A stretch of 20,000 nt of DNA from Syntrophales bacterium (GTDB lineage Bacteria; Desulfobacterota; Syntrophia; Syntrophales; UBA4778), in the NCBI GenBank assembly GCA_963665615.2, contig CAXXQE010000001.1, forward strand, positions 811,286-831,285. Reading direction: 5' to 3'. Every line of letters begins with the position of its first letter. Within the stretch, counting starts at the first letter, position 1. Below the pieces are notes generated by a model. It worked only from the letters and a program-made list of their open reading frames with translations. It made no database searches and was not told where the DNA came from. Positions 7,072-15,319 of the stretch are shown here, in pieces. The position numbers and the translations under genes are program-made.

Positions 7072-8232
7072 GTGACTGAAACATCAAAACAAAAAGCTCG
7101 AAACTCAGAACCCGGAACTCAGAACCCCGAACCGGGGTCTTCCAACTCCGAACCCAGAACTCTGAACTCTGAACTCCGCATGGTTGCCTGGGAACTCACG
7201 CGGAGCTGCAATCTCGCCTGTGTGCACTGTCGGGCATCGTCGCTGTGCGGGCCATACCAAGGGGAACTCGACACGACGGCGTGTCTGAGGCTGATCGACG
7301 ATATTGCCTCTTTCAGCAAGCCCGTCATCATCCTTACAGGCGGGGAGCCGCTTCTTCGGCCGGATGTTTATGAAATCGCCAGATACGGGACGGACAAGGG
7401 GCTGCGGATGGTGCTGGCGACGAACGGAACGCTGCTGACGGACGCGTCTGCGTCCCGGATGAAGGCAGCGGGCATCCAGCGGATCAGTATCAGCCTCGAT
7501 GGGGCGGACGCAAAGCGGCACGATGAATTCCGCAAAGTGCCGGGTGCCTTTTACGGCGCTCTGAAGGGCATTGAGGTTCTGAAACGGGTTGGGATCGAGT
7601 TTCAGATTAATACGACGATCACGCAGGCTAATCTCGATCAGGTGGGCGATATCCTCAGACTGGCGGAAAAGCTCGGCGCGGTGGCGCATCACATCTTCCT
7701 CCTAGTGCCGACAGGTCGGGGCAAGGAGATGGCGGATCAGGCCATTTCTGCCGAGGACTATGAGAAGACGCTTCACTGGTTTTATAAAGAGAGCCAGGGT
7801 TGCGCGCTTCAGCTCAAGGCGACCTGCGCGCCGCACTATTTCCGGATTCTGAAACAGAAGCAGGGCAGGGGAGAACAACCGGTCATACCGAAACCCGCGG
7901 GGCACGGTCATTCCGGCGAGCTGGCGGCGATGACACGCGGATGCCTCGGCGGCATTTCGTTCTGTTTCATCTCGCACACCGGTCAGGTACAGCCTTGCGG
8001 CTATCTGGAAATCGACTGCGGGCAAACAAAGGAAAAGTCCTTCCGCGAGATCTGGGAGACGTCGCCGGATTTTCTTGCACTCAGGGACCTCAAGCGCTAC
8101 AAAGGCAAGTGCGGGTGCTGCGAGTATCTTGATGTGTGCGGCGGCTGCCGGGCGCGAGCCTATGAGGCGACGGGGGATTATCTGGCGGAGGAGCCGTTGT
8201 GCGTGTACCGGCCAGGAAGAAGTGACGAGTGA
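7072..8232 (+). CDS. ahbD: Radical SAM/SPASM heme b synthase (Fe-coproporphyrin III decarboxylase)
   Basis: WELTRSCNLACVHCRA (CxxxCxxC), LTGGEPLLR, KATCAPHYFR, TRGCLGG..FCFISH.GQVQPCGYL and SPASM CxxCxxxxxCxGCRARA. Adjacent to an ahbA-like gene. Confidence 0.85.
   Translation: MTETSKQKARNSEPGTQNPEPGSSNSEPRTLNSELRMVAWELTRSCNLACVHCRASSLCGPYQGELDTTACLRLIDDIASFSKPVIILTGGEPLLRPDVYEIARYGTDKGLRMVLATNGTLLTDASASRMKAAGIQRISISLDGADAKRHDEFRKVPGAFYGALKGIEVLKRVGIEFQINTTITQANLDQVGDILRLAEKLGAVAHHIFLLVPTGRGKEMADQAISAEDYEKTLHWFYKESQGCALQLKATCAPHYFRILKQKQGRGEQPVIPKPAGHGHSGELAAMTRGCLGGISFCFISHTGQVQPCGYLEIDCGQTKEKSFREIWETSPDFLALRDLKRYKGKCGCCEYLDVCGGCRARAYEATGDYLAEEPLCVYRPGRSDE
7102..7178 (+). repeat. Eleven-unit heptamer tandem tract (AACYCNG) inside the ahbD 5' end
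   Basis: aactcag aacccgg aactcag aaccccg aaccggg gtcttcc aactccg aacccag aactctg aactctg aactccg. Confidence 0.85.
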
Positions 8233-8410
8233 CAAGTCACAAGTGACAGGTAAAAGACCAATAACAGTTGCCGGGTTCCAGTTTATGATTTTCATTTGCC
8301 TGGCAAGTTGCCCGTTGGGTTTTAGTTAAATCGCTGTGACACTGCCTATGGCATGGCATCGGATATTTTTCTGCTGGTCGCTCGTTACTAGTTACTTGTT
8401 ACTCGTCACT
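8221..8410. repeat. Inverted pair of heptamer tracts bounding the ahbD-ahbA spacer
   Basis: agtgacg agtgaca agtcaca agtgaca gg (8221-8250) versus ctcgtta ctagtta cttgtta ctcgtca ct (8381-8410). Confidence 0.75.
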
Positions 8411-8439
8411 ATGGCGGTAGACGCTATAGAGGAACGAAC

Positions 8440-8886
8440 ATGGATGAGATTGATAAAAAAATATTGAATCTGTTGCAGACGGATTTCCCGGTCGAGGAGG
8501 AACCTTTCAGGCGGATTGGAGAGCAGGTTGGCATTTCGGAGGATGAGGTCCTGCAGCGGGTTCAAACCCTCAAGGATGAGAAGATCATTCGCCGGATCGG
8601 GGCTGTCTTCGATTTGCGCAGGCTCGGTTATGTGAGCACACTCTGTGCCGCCAGGGTTCCGGAAAAAGACATTGACGCCGTCGCTCGTGTGGTGAATGAT
8701 TGTCCGGAGGTTACGCACAACTATGTGCGCAGCCATGAGTACAATGTCTGGTTTACGGTGATCGCGCCATCGGAAGAGGCCTTGCAGGAGACGATAGACA
8801 GGATAAAGGCCAAGACGGGTATTGATGAGATCTTGGATTTGAGGGCCACGAAGACGTTTAAGATTAACGCGAGCTTTGAAGTTTAA
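8440..8886 (+). CDS. ahbA: Siroheme decarboxylase subunit alpha (Lrp/AsnC-like, NirD/AhbA)
   Basis: Motifs MDEIDKKILNLLQTDFP, IIRRIGAVFD, STLCAA and VTHNYVRSHEYNVWFT. Follows ahbD. GAGG RBS. Confidence 0.85.
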   Translation: MDEIDKKILNLLQTDFPVEEEPFRRIGEQVGISEDEVLQRVQTLKDEKIIRRIGAVFDLRRLGYVSTLCAARVPEKDIDAVARVVNDCPEVTHNYVRSHEYNVWFTVIAPSEEALQETIDRIKAKTGIDEILDLRATKTFKINASFEV

Positions 8887-8890
8887 ATGG

Positions 8891-9030
8891 CTGGATTCCC
8901 GCCTCCGCGGGAAAGACACAGACTTGTTGCTGTTGTGATGTGTTGGATGCCTTAAGGCATGTATGTATTTTAGGTAATATGTACGAAACCTCAATCGATG
9001 TCATCCCCGCGAAAGCGGGGATCCAGGAAG
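8891..9030. repeat. REP-spacer-REP unit 1 (R copy 8891-8918, L copy 8999-9027)
   Basis: ctggattcccgcctccgcgggaaagaca, an 80-bp spacer, then tgtcatccccgcgaaagcggggatccaggaag. Confidence 0.88.
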
Positions 9031-9033
9031 ACT

Positions 9034-9321
9034 ATGAAAGTATATTATGTCTATATCCTGGCCAGCAGGCAGAACGGTACGCTTTATATCGGAGTGACTA
9101 GCGATTTGATTCGGCGCGTATATGAGCACAAAAAACATATGGTCGAAGGTTTTACCACGAAATATCAGGTCGGCTTGCTTGTCTACTATGAGACTTACGG
9201 AGATGTGCACGATGCGCTGAATCGGGAGAAGACCATGAAAAAGTGGAACAGAACGTGGAAACTTGCTCTGATCGAGAAGCACAATCCGGGTTGGGATGAT
9301 CTATATGAGAAACTGGTTTAG
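9034..9321 (+). CDS. Small stand-alone GIY-YIG nuclease family protein
   Basis: YYVYILAS.QNGTLYIGVTSDLIRRVYEHK, FT.KY...LVYYE and A..REK.MKKW.R.WK..LIE..NP.W.DL. The ORF-track extension from 8998 is translated REP DNA, so ATG 9034 is preferred. Confidence 0.93.
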   Translation: MKVYYVYILASRQNGTLYIGVTSDLIRRVYEHKKHMVEGFTTKYQVGLLVYYETYGDVHDALNREKTMKKWNRTWKLALIEKHNPGWDDLYEKLV

Positions 9322-9330
9322 ATGAAAAGC

Positions 9331-9473
9331 CCTGGATTCCCGCCTCCGCGGGAATGACAGCGCCATAGTGTTGTTGTGCTGGTTTTAATAATTGCGAAAC
9401 GCGGAAGTGACCTGAAATAAAATGCACAAAACATCAATCCATGTCATCCTCGCGAAAGCGGGGACCCAGGAAG
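9331..9473. repeat. REP-spacer-REP unit 2 (R copy 9331-9359, L copy 9442-9470)
   Basis: cctggattcccgcctccgcgggaatgaca, an 82-bp spacer, then tgtcatcctcgcgaaagcggggacccaggaag. Diverged direct repeat of unit 1. Confidence 0.88.
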
Positions 9474-9497
9474 CCTGTCGTTGCGTTACTTTTTAAG

Positions 9498-9553
9498 CCT
9501 GTCACCTGTCACTCGTGACTTGTCACCATTTACCATTTACTGTTTACTGTTCC
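9498..9553. repeat. Eight-unit heptamer tract upstream of polA
   Basis: cctgtca cctgtca ctcgtga cttgtca ccattta ccattta ctgttta ctgttcc. Confidence 0.8.
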
Positions 9554-9565
9554 TGAGAATAAAAA

Positions 9566-12238
9566 ATGACCGAACCCATTAATAGCAAACCCACCCTCTA
9601 CGTGATCGACGGGAGCAACTGTGTCTATCGGGCCTTTTATGCGATCAGGCAGCTGTCGAACTCGAAGGGCTTTCCCACTAACGCGATCTATGGCTTTATC
9701 AACATGCTGACGAAACTCTTCCGGGAAAAGAACCCCGATTACGTTATCGTGGTTTTTGATTCGAAGGGACCAACCTTCCGCTCAGAGGTTTACGAACAGT
9801 ACAAGGCCCATCGGCCTGCCATGCCGGATACGCTGGTTCCCCAATTCCCCTACATCAAGGAGATCGTCAGGGCCTTTGCAGTCCCGCTCCTGGAACAGCC
9901 GGGGATCGAAGCGGACGATATCATCGGGTCCATCGCGCGCCAGGCGGAGGCTAAGGGACTGCGAACGGTCATCGTCTCCGGCGACAAGGATCTGATGCAG
10001 CTTGTGACTGACGATATCGTCATGCTCGACACCATGAAGGACAAGACATACGATATTGCCGGCGTGAAGGAGCGTTTCGGCGTGGCGCCGGAACAGGTGG
10101 CGGATATTTTAGGGCTCATGGGAGACACGTCGGACAACATTCCCGGTGTGCCGGGCATCGGCGAGAAAACGGCTCTGAATCTCATCACGGAGTTCGGATC
10201 GGTGGATGGCGTGCTTCAGAATATCCAGAAGGTCAAGAGCACGAAGATCCGCGAGTCGCTGGAGAAGAACGCGGATCTGGCGCGCCTCAGTCGTGAGCTG
10301 GCGACGCTGAAGCTTGATCTGGACATCGACTTCGATCTGGAAGACGCCCGTTATACCGAACCGGACCGGGAACGCCTTCGAGAACTCTATCGGGAATGTG
10401 AGTTTTCGTCCCTCATTAAAGACCTCAATATTCGCGAGGAGCAGCCAATCGGCCGCTACCGAGTCCTCACCACGCATGACGATCTGAAGGCGGTCTTGAA
10501 AGAGATGGCGAGCAAAGATGTCGTGGCGTTTTCTCTGGAACTGGATTCGGACACTGCTATGACGGCGGAGGTCGTGGGACTATCGCTTTGCGCTGAGCCG
10601 GGGAAGGCCTGTTATATTCCTGTTGGCGAAGGCTCTGGAGAGATTGAACCAAACTATGTCTGGGAGAAGATCGCAGCCGTCATGGGCAATAGCCATATCC
10701 TTAAACATGGTCACGACCTCAAGCGCACCTTGATTGTCCTTGCCCGCAAGGGGATTCACCTGACAGGACTTGGCTGCGATACGATGGTGGGCTCCTATGT
10801 GCTTGATCCCTCACGACGAGGGCACGAGCTGACAGAGATCGCCTGCGATGTTCTCAATGTAGAATTGCAGCCAATGAGCGATCTGACGGGAACCGGCGCT
10901 AAAAAGACTGACTTGAGGATGTTTTCGCCGGCGCAGGTGATGCCGTATTCCTGCCGGCAGGCAGATACCGTGCTGGCGCTGGCCGGTGTCCTGACTGAAA
11001 AGATCGAGGAGGCGGGATTGGGTCCTCTCTATGCCGGTATCGAGATGCCGCTGGTCGAGGTGTTGGCGGATATGGAGAGAAAAGGCGTTCTAGTGGATCG
11101 CAAATTGCTGGCAGAGATGTCCGGTCAGTTCGAAAAGCTCCTTGGCCTTTCGGAAGAGAAGATCTACGGACTTGCCGGCGAGCGCTTCAATGTCAATTCT
11201 CCAAAGCAACTCCAATGCATCCTCTTCGAAAAGCTCGGACTTCCCAAGGGCAAGAAGACGAAGAGCGGCTATTCAACGGATGTCGATGTCCTGACCTTTC
11301 TGGCGGAGAGCTACGAACTGCCCGCCGAGATCCTGTCCTATCGGAGTATATCGAAACTAAAATCGACTTACGTCGATGCCTTGCCGACCATGATCAATGC
11401 AGAGACGGGCCGAATTCATACGTCGTACAATCAGACGGTCACGGCAACGGGGCGGCTTTCCAGCAGCGATCCCAATCTCCAGAATATTCCGATCCGGGGA
11501 ACCGAGGGGAAGCGCATCCGTCAGGCCTTTGTGGCGCCGGAGGGCTATGAGATCGTCTCAGCCGACTACTCGCAGATCGAACTGCGCATCCTGGCGCACA
11601 TCACGGACGATCCGGCCTTGATCGCGTTTTTCCGCTCCGGTGAAGACATTCATGCGCGGACGGCAGCTGATATCTTTGGCGTGATGCCGGGCATGGTTAC
11701 GCCGGATATGCGTCGGCAGGCCAAGGTCATCAATTTCGGGATCATCTATGGCATGAGCCCCTTCGGGCTGTCTAAGGAACTCGGCGTCTCGCAGGCCCAG
11801 GCCAAGACCTTCATCGATAGATACCTCTCGGAGTTCAAAGGTGTTCATCGCTATATGGAGGATGTTGTGCGGCTGGCACGGGAGAAAGGCTATGTCAGTA
11901 CGATGTTCAACCGCCGCCGCTATCTGCCGGAGATTAACAGCGACAACCACGCCGTGCGCCAGTTTGCCGAACGGATGGCGATCAATACGCCGATACAGGG
12001 AACGGCGGCGGATCTGATCAAGTCGGCTATGATCCATATCGCGCGCAAACTCAAGAAGAAGCACATGAAGACCGAAATGATTATGCAGGTTCACGACGAA
12101 CTCGTTTTTGAGGTGCCTCATGCTGAAAAGGATGCTGCGCTTCAATTGATCAAGGGCGAAATGGAAGGGGTTATTGCTTTTAAGGTGCCGTTGAAGGTTG
12201 GGATTCATTCAGGCAGGAATTGGGATGAAGCACATTAG
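9566..12238 (+). CDS. polA: DNA polymerase I
   Basis: 5'-3' exonuclease motifs (IDGS..YRAFY, EADDIIG, GDKDL, GDTSDNIPGVPGIGEKTA) and polymerase motifs (TGRLSSSDPNLQNIP, ADYSQIELR, R..AK..NFG..YG, QVHDEL). Confidence 0.98.
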   Translation: MTEPINSKPTLYVIDGSNCVYRAFYAIRQLSNSKGFPTNAIYGFINMLTKLFREKNPDYVIVVFDSKGPTFRSEVYEQYKAHRPAMPDTLVPQFPYIKEIVRAFAVPLLEQPGIEADDIIGSIARQAEAKGLRTVIVSGDKDLMQLVTDDIVMLDTMKDKTYDIAGVKERFGVAPEQVADILGLMGDTSDNIPGVPGIGEKTALNLITEFGSVDGVLQNIQKVKSTKIRESLEKNADLARLSRELATLKLDLDIDFDLEDARYTEPDRERLRELYRECEFSSLIKDLNIREEQPIGRYRVLTTHDDLKAVLKEMASKDVVAFSLELDSDTAMTAEVVGLSLCAEPGKACYIPVGEGSGEIEPNYVWEKIAAVMGNSHILKHGHDLKRTLIVLARKGIHLTGLGCDTMVGSYVLDPSRRGHELTEIACDVLNVELQPMSDLTGTGAKKTDLRMFSPAQVMPYSCRQADTVLALAGVLTEKIEEAGLGPLYAGIEMPLVEVLADMERKGVLVDRKLLAEMSGQFEKLLGLSEEKIYGLAGERFNVNSPKQLQCILFEKLGLPKGKKTKSGYSTDVDVLTFLAESYELPAEILSYRSISKLKSTYVDALPTMINAETGRIHTSYNQTVTATGRLSSSDPNLQNIPIRGTEGKRIRQAFVAPEGYEIVSADYSQIELRILAHITDDPALIAFFRSGEDIHARTAADIFGVMPGMVTPDMRRQAKVINFGIIYGMSPFGLSKELGVSQAQAKTFIDRYLSEFKGVHRYMEDVVRLAREKGYVSTMFNRRRYLPEINSDNHAVRQFAERMAINTPIQGTAADLIKSAMIHIARKLKKKHMKTEMIMQVHDELVFEVPHAEKDAALQLIKGEMEGVIAFKVPLKVGIHSGRNWDEAH

Positions 12239-12387
12239 GCGGTTGGTTCATATGCGGCACCTGTCCTCGCGCAGGTGGGGATTGCGCTATGGGCCGTGGT
12301 TAACTCTACACGCTCCGCTCCCTGGTCCTTCCCGATAACGACCTCGGGACAAGCGAACGCCTTGCCTCTGAACCTTTCTAAGCCTAA
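12235..12387. mobile_element. MITE-like or structured non-coding element overlapping the polA stop
   Basis: Termini ttaggc / gcctaa, subterminal ggttca / tgaacc, and internal hairpins cacctg-N8-caggtg (12258-12277) and tcccga-N8-tcggga (12330-12349). Confidence 0.5.
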
Positions 12388-12437
12388 AAAGAATTTGAGG
12401 GTGGTAGAGTAATGTCCTTGTAAGGAGCGCAAGCGAC

Positions 12438-13571
12438 GTGGCAATCTCTCAATCATACAGTCTGACACGGTCTGAGAAGGCGGTCGGTTCGCTGGTTCTG
12501 GCAGTGGCCGGACGTCTCGACGTCAAGGCGGTCCACGCCTTTGAAGTCGAGACGGCGTCGATTTTCAGCGGTGCTGTGCCGGAGCAATTGACTATCGATC
12601 TGTCGGGATTGAATCATGCCGACAGCGCCGGCGCGCTTGCGCTGATCCGGTTGGAGCGCCAGGCTCGCGATCATGCCATACCGTTTGCATTTATCGGGAT
12701 AAACGACGTTGTTGGCGGCATGATCAACCTGATTGATCGCGATGCACTTGTCCGGGCGCCCATCTATCGTGAGAAGGCGGCGCCATCCGTGCTCGAAAGC
12801 TTCGGTGACGCGATCGACAAGGTGTGCAGGGATTTCGTCTCGGTCATGACCTTTCTTGGCGAGTTCCTTATCGCCTTAGGTTCTGCCCTGTCACGTCCCG
12901 GCGCGATCCGTTGGTCGGAAACGTTCTTCTATATGCGCAAGGCGGGTGTCGAAGCCCTGCCGATCGTGGGGCTGATCAGCCTGCTTATCGGTTTGATTAT
13001 GGCCTTCATGTCATCTCTTCAGCTCAAGCAATTCGGCGCCAATATCTATGTCGCCTCCCTGGTCGGCATTTCCATTGTCAAGGAGCTCGGTCCGATGATG
13101 ACGGCCATCATTGTTGCCGGTCGCTCCGGTTCGGCCTTTGCCGCCGAGATCGGCACCATGATGGTGAATGAGGAAGTGGATGCGCTCGTGACCATGGGGT
13201 TCAACCCGATGTCCTTTCTAGCGCTTCCCAAGGTAATCGCGTCGATTGCGGTTGTTCCGCTGCTCACGCTTTACTCGATGATGTTCGGTATCCTGGGGGG
13301 ATTGCTGGTAGGGTTAGTCGGTCTGGACCTGACGCTTTACACCTATCTGCAGAATACGTTCAACAGTATCGATATATGGGATGTATTAATCAGCCTCATT
13401 AAATCCGCGGTATTTGCTGCGCTGATCGCCGGGATCGGCTGTCAGCGTGGATTTAAAGTCTTACGGGGGGCCGAAGCAGTCGGAGAGGCAACGACCTCTG
13501 CAGTCGTTGCAGCGATTTTTTTGATTATTGTAGCTGATTCATTGTTCGCGATCGTCACGCACTATCTGTAA
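12438..13571 (+). CDS. mlaE: MlaE-family ABC permease with N-terminal STAS domain
   Basis: STAS-like IDLSGLNHADSAG; MlaE motifs ELGPMMTAIIVAGRSGSAFAAEIGTM..NEE.DAL and GA..VG.ATT.AVV. AAGGAG RBS. Confidence 0.9.
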   Translation: MAISQSYSLTRSEKAVGSLVLAVAGRLDVKAVHAFEVETASIFSGAVPEQLTIDLSGLNHADSAGALALIRLERQARDHAIPFAFIGINDVVGGMINLIDRDALVRAPIYREKAAPSVLESFGDAIDKVCRDFVSVMTFLGEFLIALGSALSRPGAIRWSETFFYMRKAGVEALPIVGLISLLIGLIMAFMSSLQLKQFGANIYVASLVGISIVKELGPMMTAIIVAGRSGSAFAAEIGTMMVNEEVDALVTMGFNPMSFLALPKVIASIAVVPLLTLYSMMFGILGGLLVGLVGLDLTLYTYLQNTFNSIDIWDVLISLIKSAVFAALIAGIGCQRGFKVLRGAEAVGEATTSAVVAAIFLIIVADSLFAIVTHYL

Positions 13572-13583
13572 TCGGCAAAGGAT

Positions 13584-14354
13584 ATGGAACAGAACAACCG
13601 AGAACCGTTGATTGTTGTGGATCATCTTCTGGCGGCATACGGCGATGATGTCATTCTGCAGGATGTGTCCTTCGCAGTGGCGTCTGGAGAAATTCTCGCT
13701 ATCGTCGGCGGCAGCGGATGCGGCAAGTCAACCCTCCTGAAGTACATGATCGGGCTTTATCGCGCCGAACAGGGACGCGTCCTGATTAACGGGGTGGACC
13801 TGATGACACTCGACGACGAGGCGCTGAACCGGAAACGCCTTGGGTTTGGTGTTCTCTTTCAATCCGGGGCGTTGATCGGCTCGATGACTCTCGGAGAGAA
13901 CGTGGCTTTGCCGCTTCGGGAGCATACCGATCTGGCACCGCCTTTTATCGAGGAAATCGTCAAGGCGAAGCTTGCCATGGTGCAGTTGGGCGGTTATGAA
14001 AACCATTATCCGTCGGAGTTGTCGGGAGGGATGAAGAAACGGGCCGGTTTTGCCCGCGCCATGGCCCTTGATCCTGCCATCCTCTTCTTTGACGAGCCCT
14101 CTGCAGGCCTTGATCCGGTGACGTCCGCGGAGTTGTATGAGCTTATCAAAAATATGAATGCGCATCTGAGGGGAACCATGGTGATCGTGACGCATGACCT
14201 GGACCTGATCGATGTCGTCGCGGATCGTGTCATCATGCTGGATGGGGCCGAGAAGGGCATTATCGCCATAGGGACTCCGCAGGAACTGCGCGTCTTCGAA
14301 AAGGATCTGCGGGTTTACGAGTTTTTTAATCGAAAAAAAGCTGTTTGCGCTTGA
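13584..14354 (+). CDS. mlaF: MlaF-family ABC ATP-binding protein
   Basis: Motifs GGSGCGKST, LFQSGAL, LSGGMKKR, FFDEPSAGLDP and VTHD. Confidence 0.92.
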   Translation: MEQNNREPLIVVDHLLAAYGDDVILQDVSFAVASGEILAIVGGSGCGKSTLLKYMIGLYRAEQGRVLINGVDLMTLDDEALNRKRLGFGVLFQSGALIGSMTLGENVALPLREHTDLAPPFIEEIVKAKLAMVQLGGYENHYPSELSGGMKKRAGFARAMALDPAILFFDEPSAGLDPVTSAELYELIKNMNAHLRGTMVIVTHDLDLIDVVADRVIMLDGAEKGIIAIGTPQELRVFEKDLRVYEFFNRKKAVCA

Positions 14355-14370
14355 ACAAGAGGAAAGGGCT

Positions 14371-15297
14371 ATGGCCAGAAAAACATCCAAGTTCACACTG
14401 GGACTCTTCGTCACGATCGGGATCCTCATCGGTGTGATGATTATCATCTGGGTGGGGGCGACGAAGTACTTTGAGAAGGGTGATGTCTTCGCGATATACT
14501 TTGACGAATCAGTACAGGGGCTCCAGGTCGATTCAAATGTGAAGTACCGCGGCGTCGAGGTTGGTCGCGTGATGAAGATTCGGGTGGCGCCGGACAATCG
14601 CCTGGTTGAGGTCATTACCAAAATTCAGCTTCGCGGTCTCGCAGGGCGGGATGTCGTCGCGCAACTGAAGACGGCCGGAATCACGGGCATTGTTTTTGTT
14701 GAACTGGACCGCCTGGAGGGGAAAGAGCCTGTTCTGGGGCGCAGTCTGTCCTTTGAGCCGTCCTATCCGGTGATTTGCTCGCGTCCTTCCGATATTAAAC
14801 AGATTCGCGCGGGATTGACCGACATCTATGAAAGGGTTCAGCTGATCGATTTTGCTGGAATCTCCGATCAACTCAAAGGGGCGGCCAAGTCGGTGGATCG
14901 CTTCTTCACCAGTCGCAGCCTTCAAAAAGCCATACAGAATCTGGAAGAAGCCAGCACGTCTATGGATCAGATGATGAAAAAGATGGATCGTATCGTTGCC
15001 GAGGGAAAGGTCGATCGGGTTTTGAATGAGGCCAAGGAGGGACTCGCATCTGCGCGGCATCTCATGGGAACGCTGGAGTCCGATATCCGTGGCATGAAAC
15101 TTCAGGAGCGCAGCGAGAGCGTCCAGCAGCTTACAGACAACATTGACTACAGAACCCAGCGGCTGGCTGCGCAGGCGGAGACGCTTCTGCGTTCTCTTCG
15201 AGAGAATTCGCAGCGGCTGGATCGCGTTCTGGAACGCATTGAGAACAAGCCCTCAGATCTGATTTTCGGCAAGCCGCTGCCGGCGGACAAAGAGTGA
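14371..15297 (+). CDS. mlaD: MlaD/MCE-domain protein with helical C-terminus
   Basis: N-terminal TM helix; FDESVQGL...V.YRGV.VG.V and GITG..FVEL; long helical tail ending PSDLIFG. Confidence 0.88.
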   Translation: MARKTSKFTLGLFVTIGILIGVMIIIWVGATKYFEKGDVFAIYFDESVQGLQVDSNVKYRGVEVGRVMKIRVAPDNRLVEVITKIQLRGLAGRDVVAQLKTAGITGIVFVELDRLEGKEPVLGRSLSFEPSYPVICSRPSDIKQIRAGLTDIYERVQLIDFAGISDQLKGAAKSVDRFFTSRSLQKAIQNLEEASTSMDQMMKKMDRIVAEGKVDRVLNEAKEGLASARHLMGTLESDIRGMKLQERSESVQQLTDNIDYRTQRLAAQAETLLRSLRENSQRLDRVLERIENKPSDLIFGKPLPADKE

Positions 15298-15319
15298 GAG
15301 GGAAGGGGAGACTCTGGCC

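Noticed and set aside
8392..8994. 200-aa minus-strand ORF, and similar ORFs at 3559-3771 and 9152-9427
   Set aside because: These are antisense shadows of real genes. Their shared FPRRRES/VIPAEAGI peptides are just translated REP DNA.
8891..9473. CRISPR array
   Set aside because: The repeats alternate in orientation, the spacers are 80-300 bp (one contains a gene), and there are no cas genes. This is REP-like instead.
12239..12387. 6S RNA, tRNA or Spot 42 downstream of polA
   Set aside because: There is no tRNA cloverleaf or T-loop, and no recognisable 6S or spf sequence. Kept only as an unassigned structured element.
13728..14621. Long antisense ORFs over the mla operon, polA, ahbD and the kinase
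   Set aside because: They fully overlap well-supported genes and have no recognisable motifs, as expected in GC-rich coding DNA.
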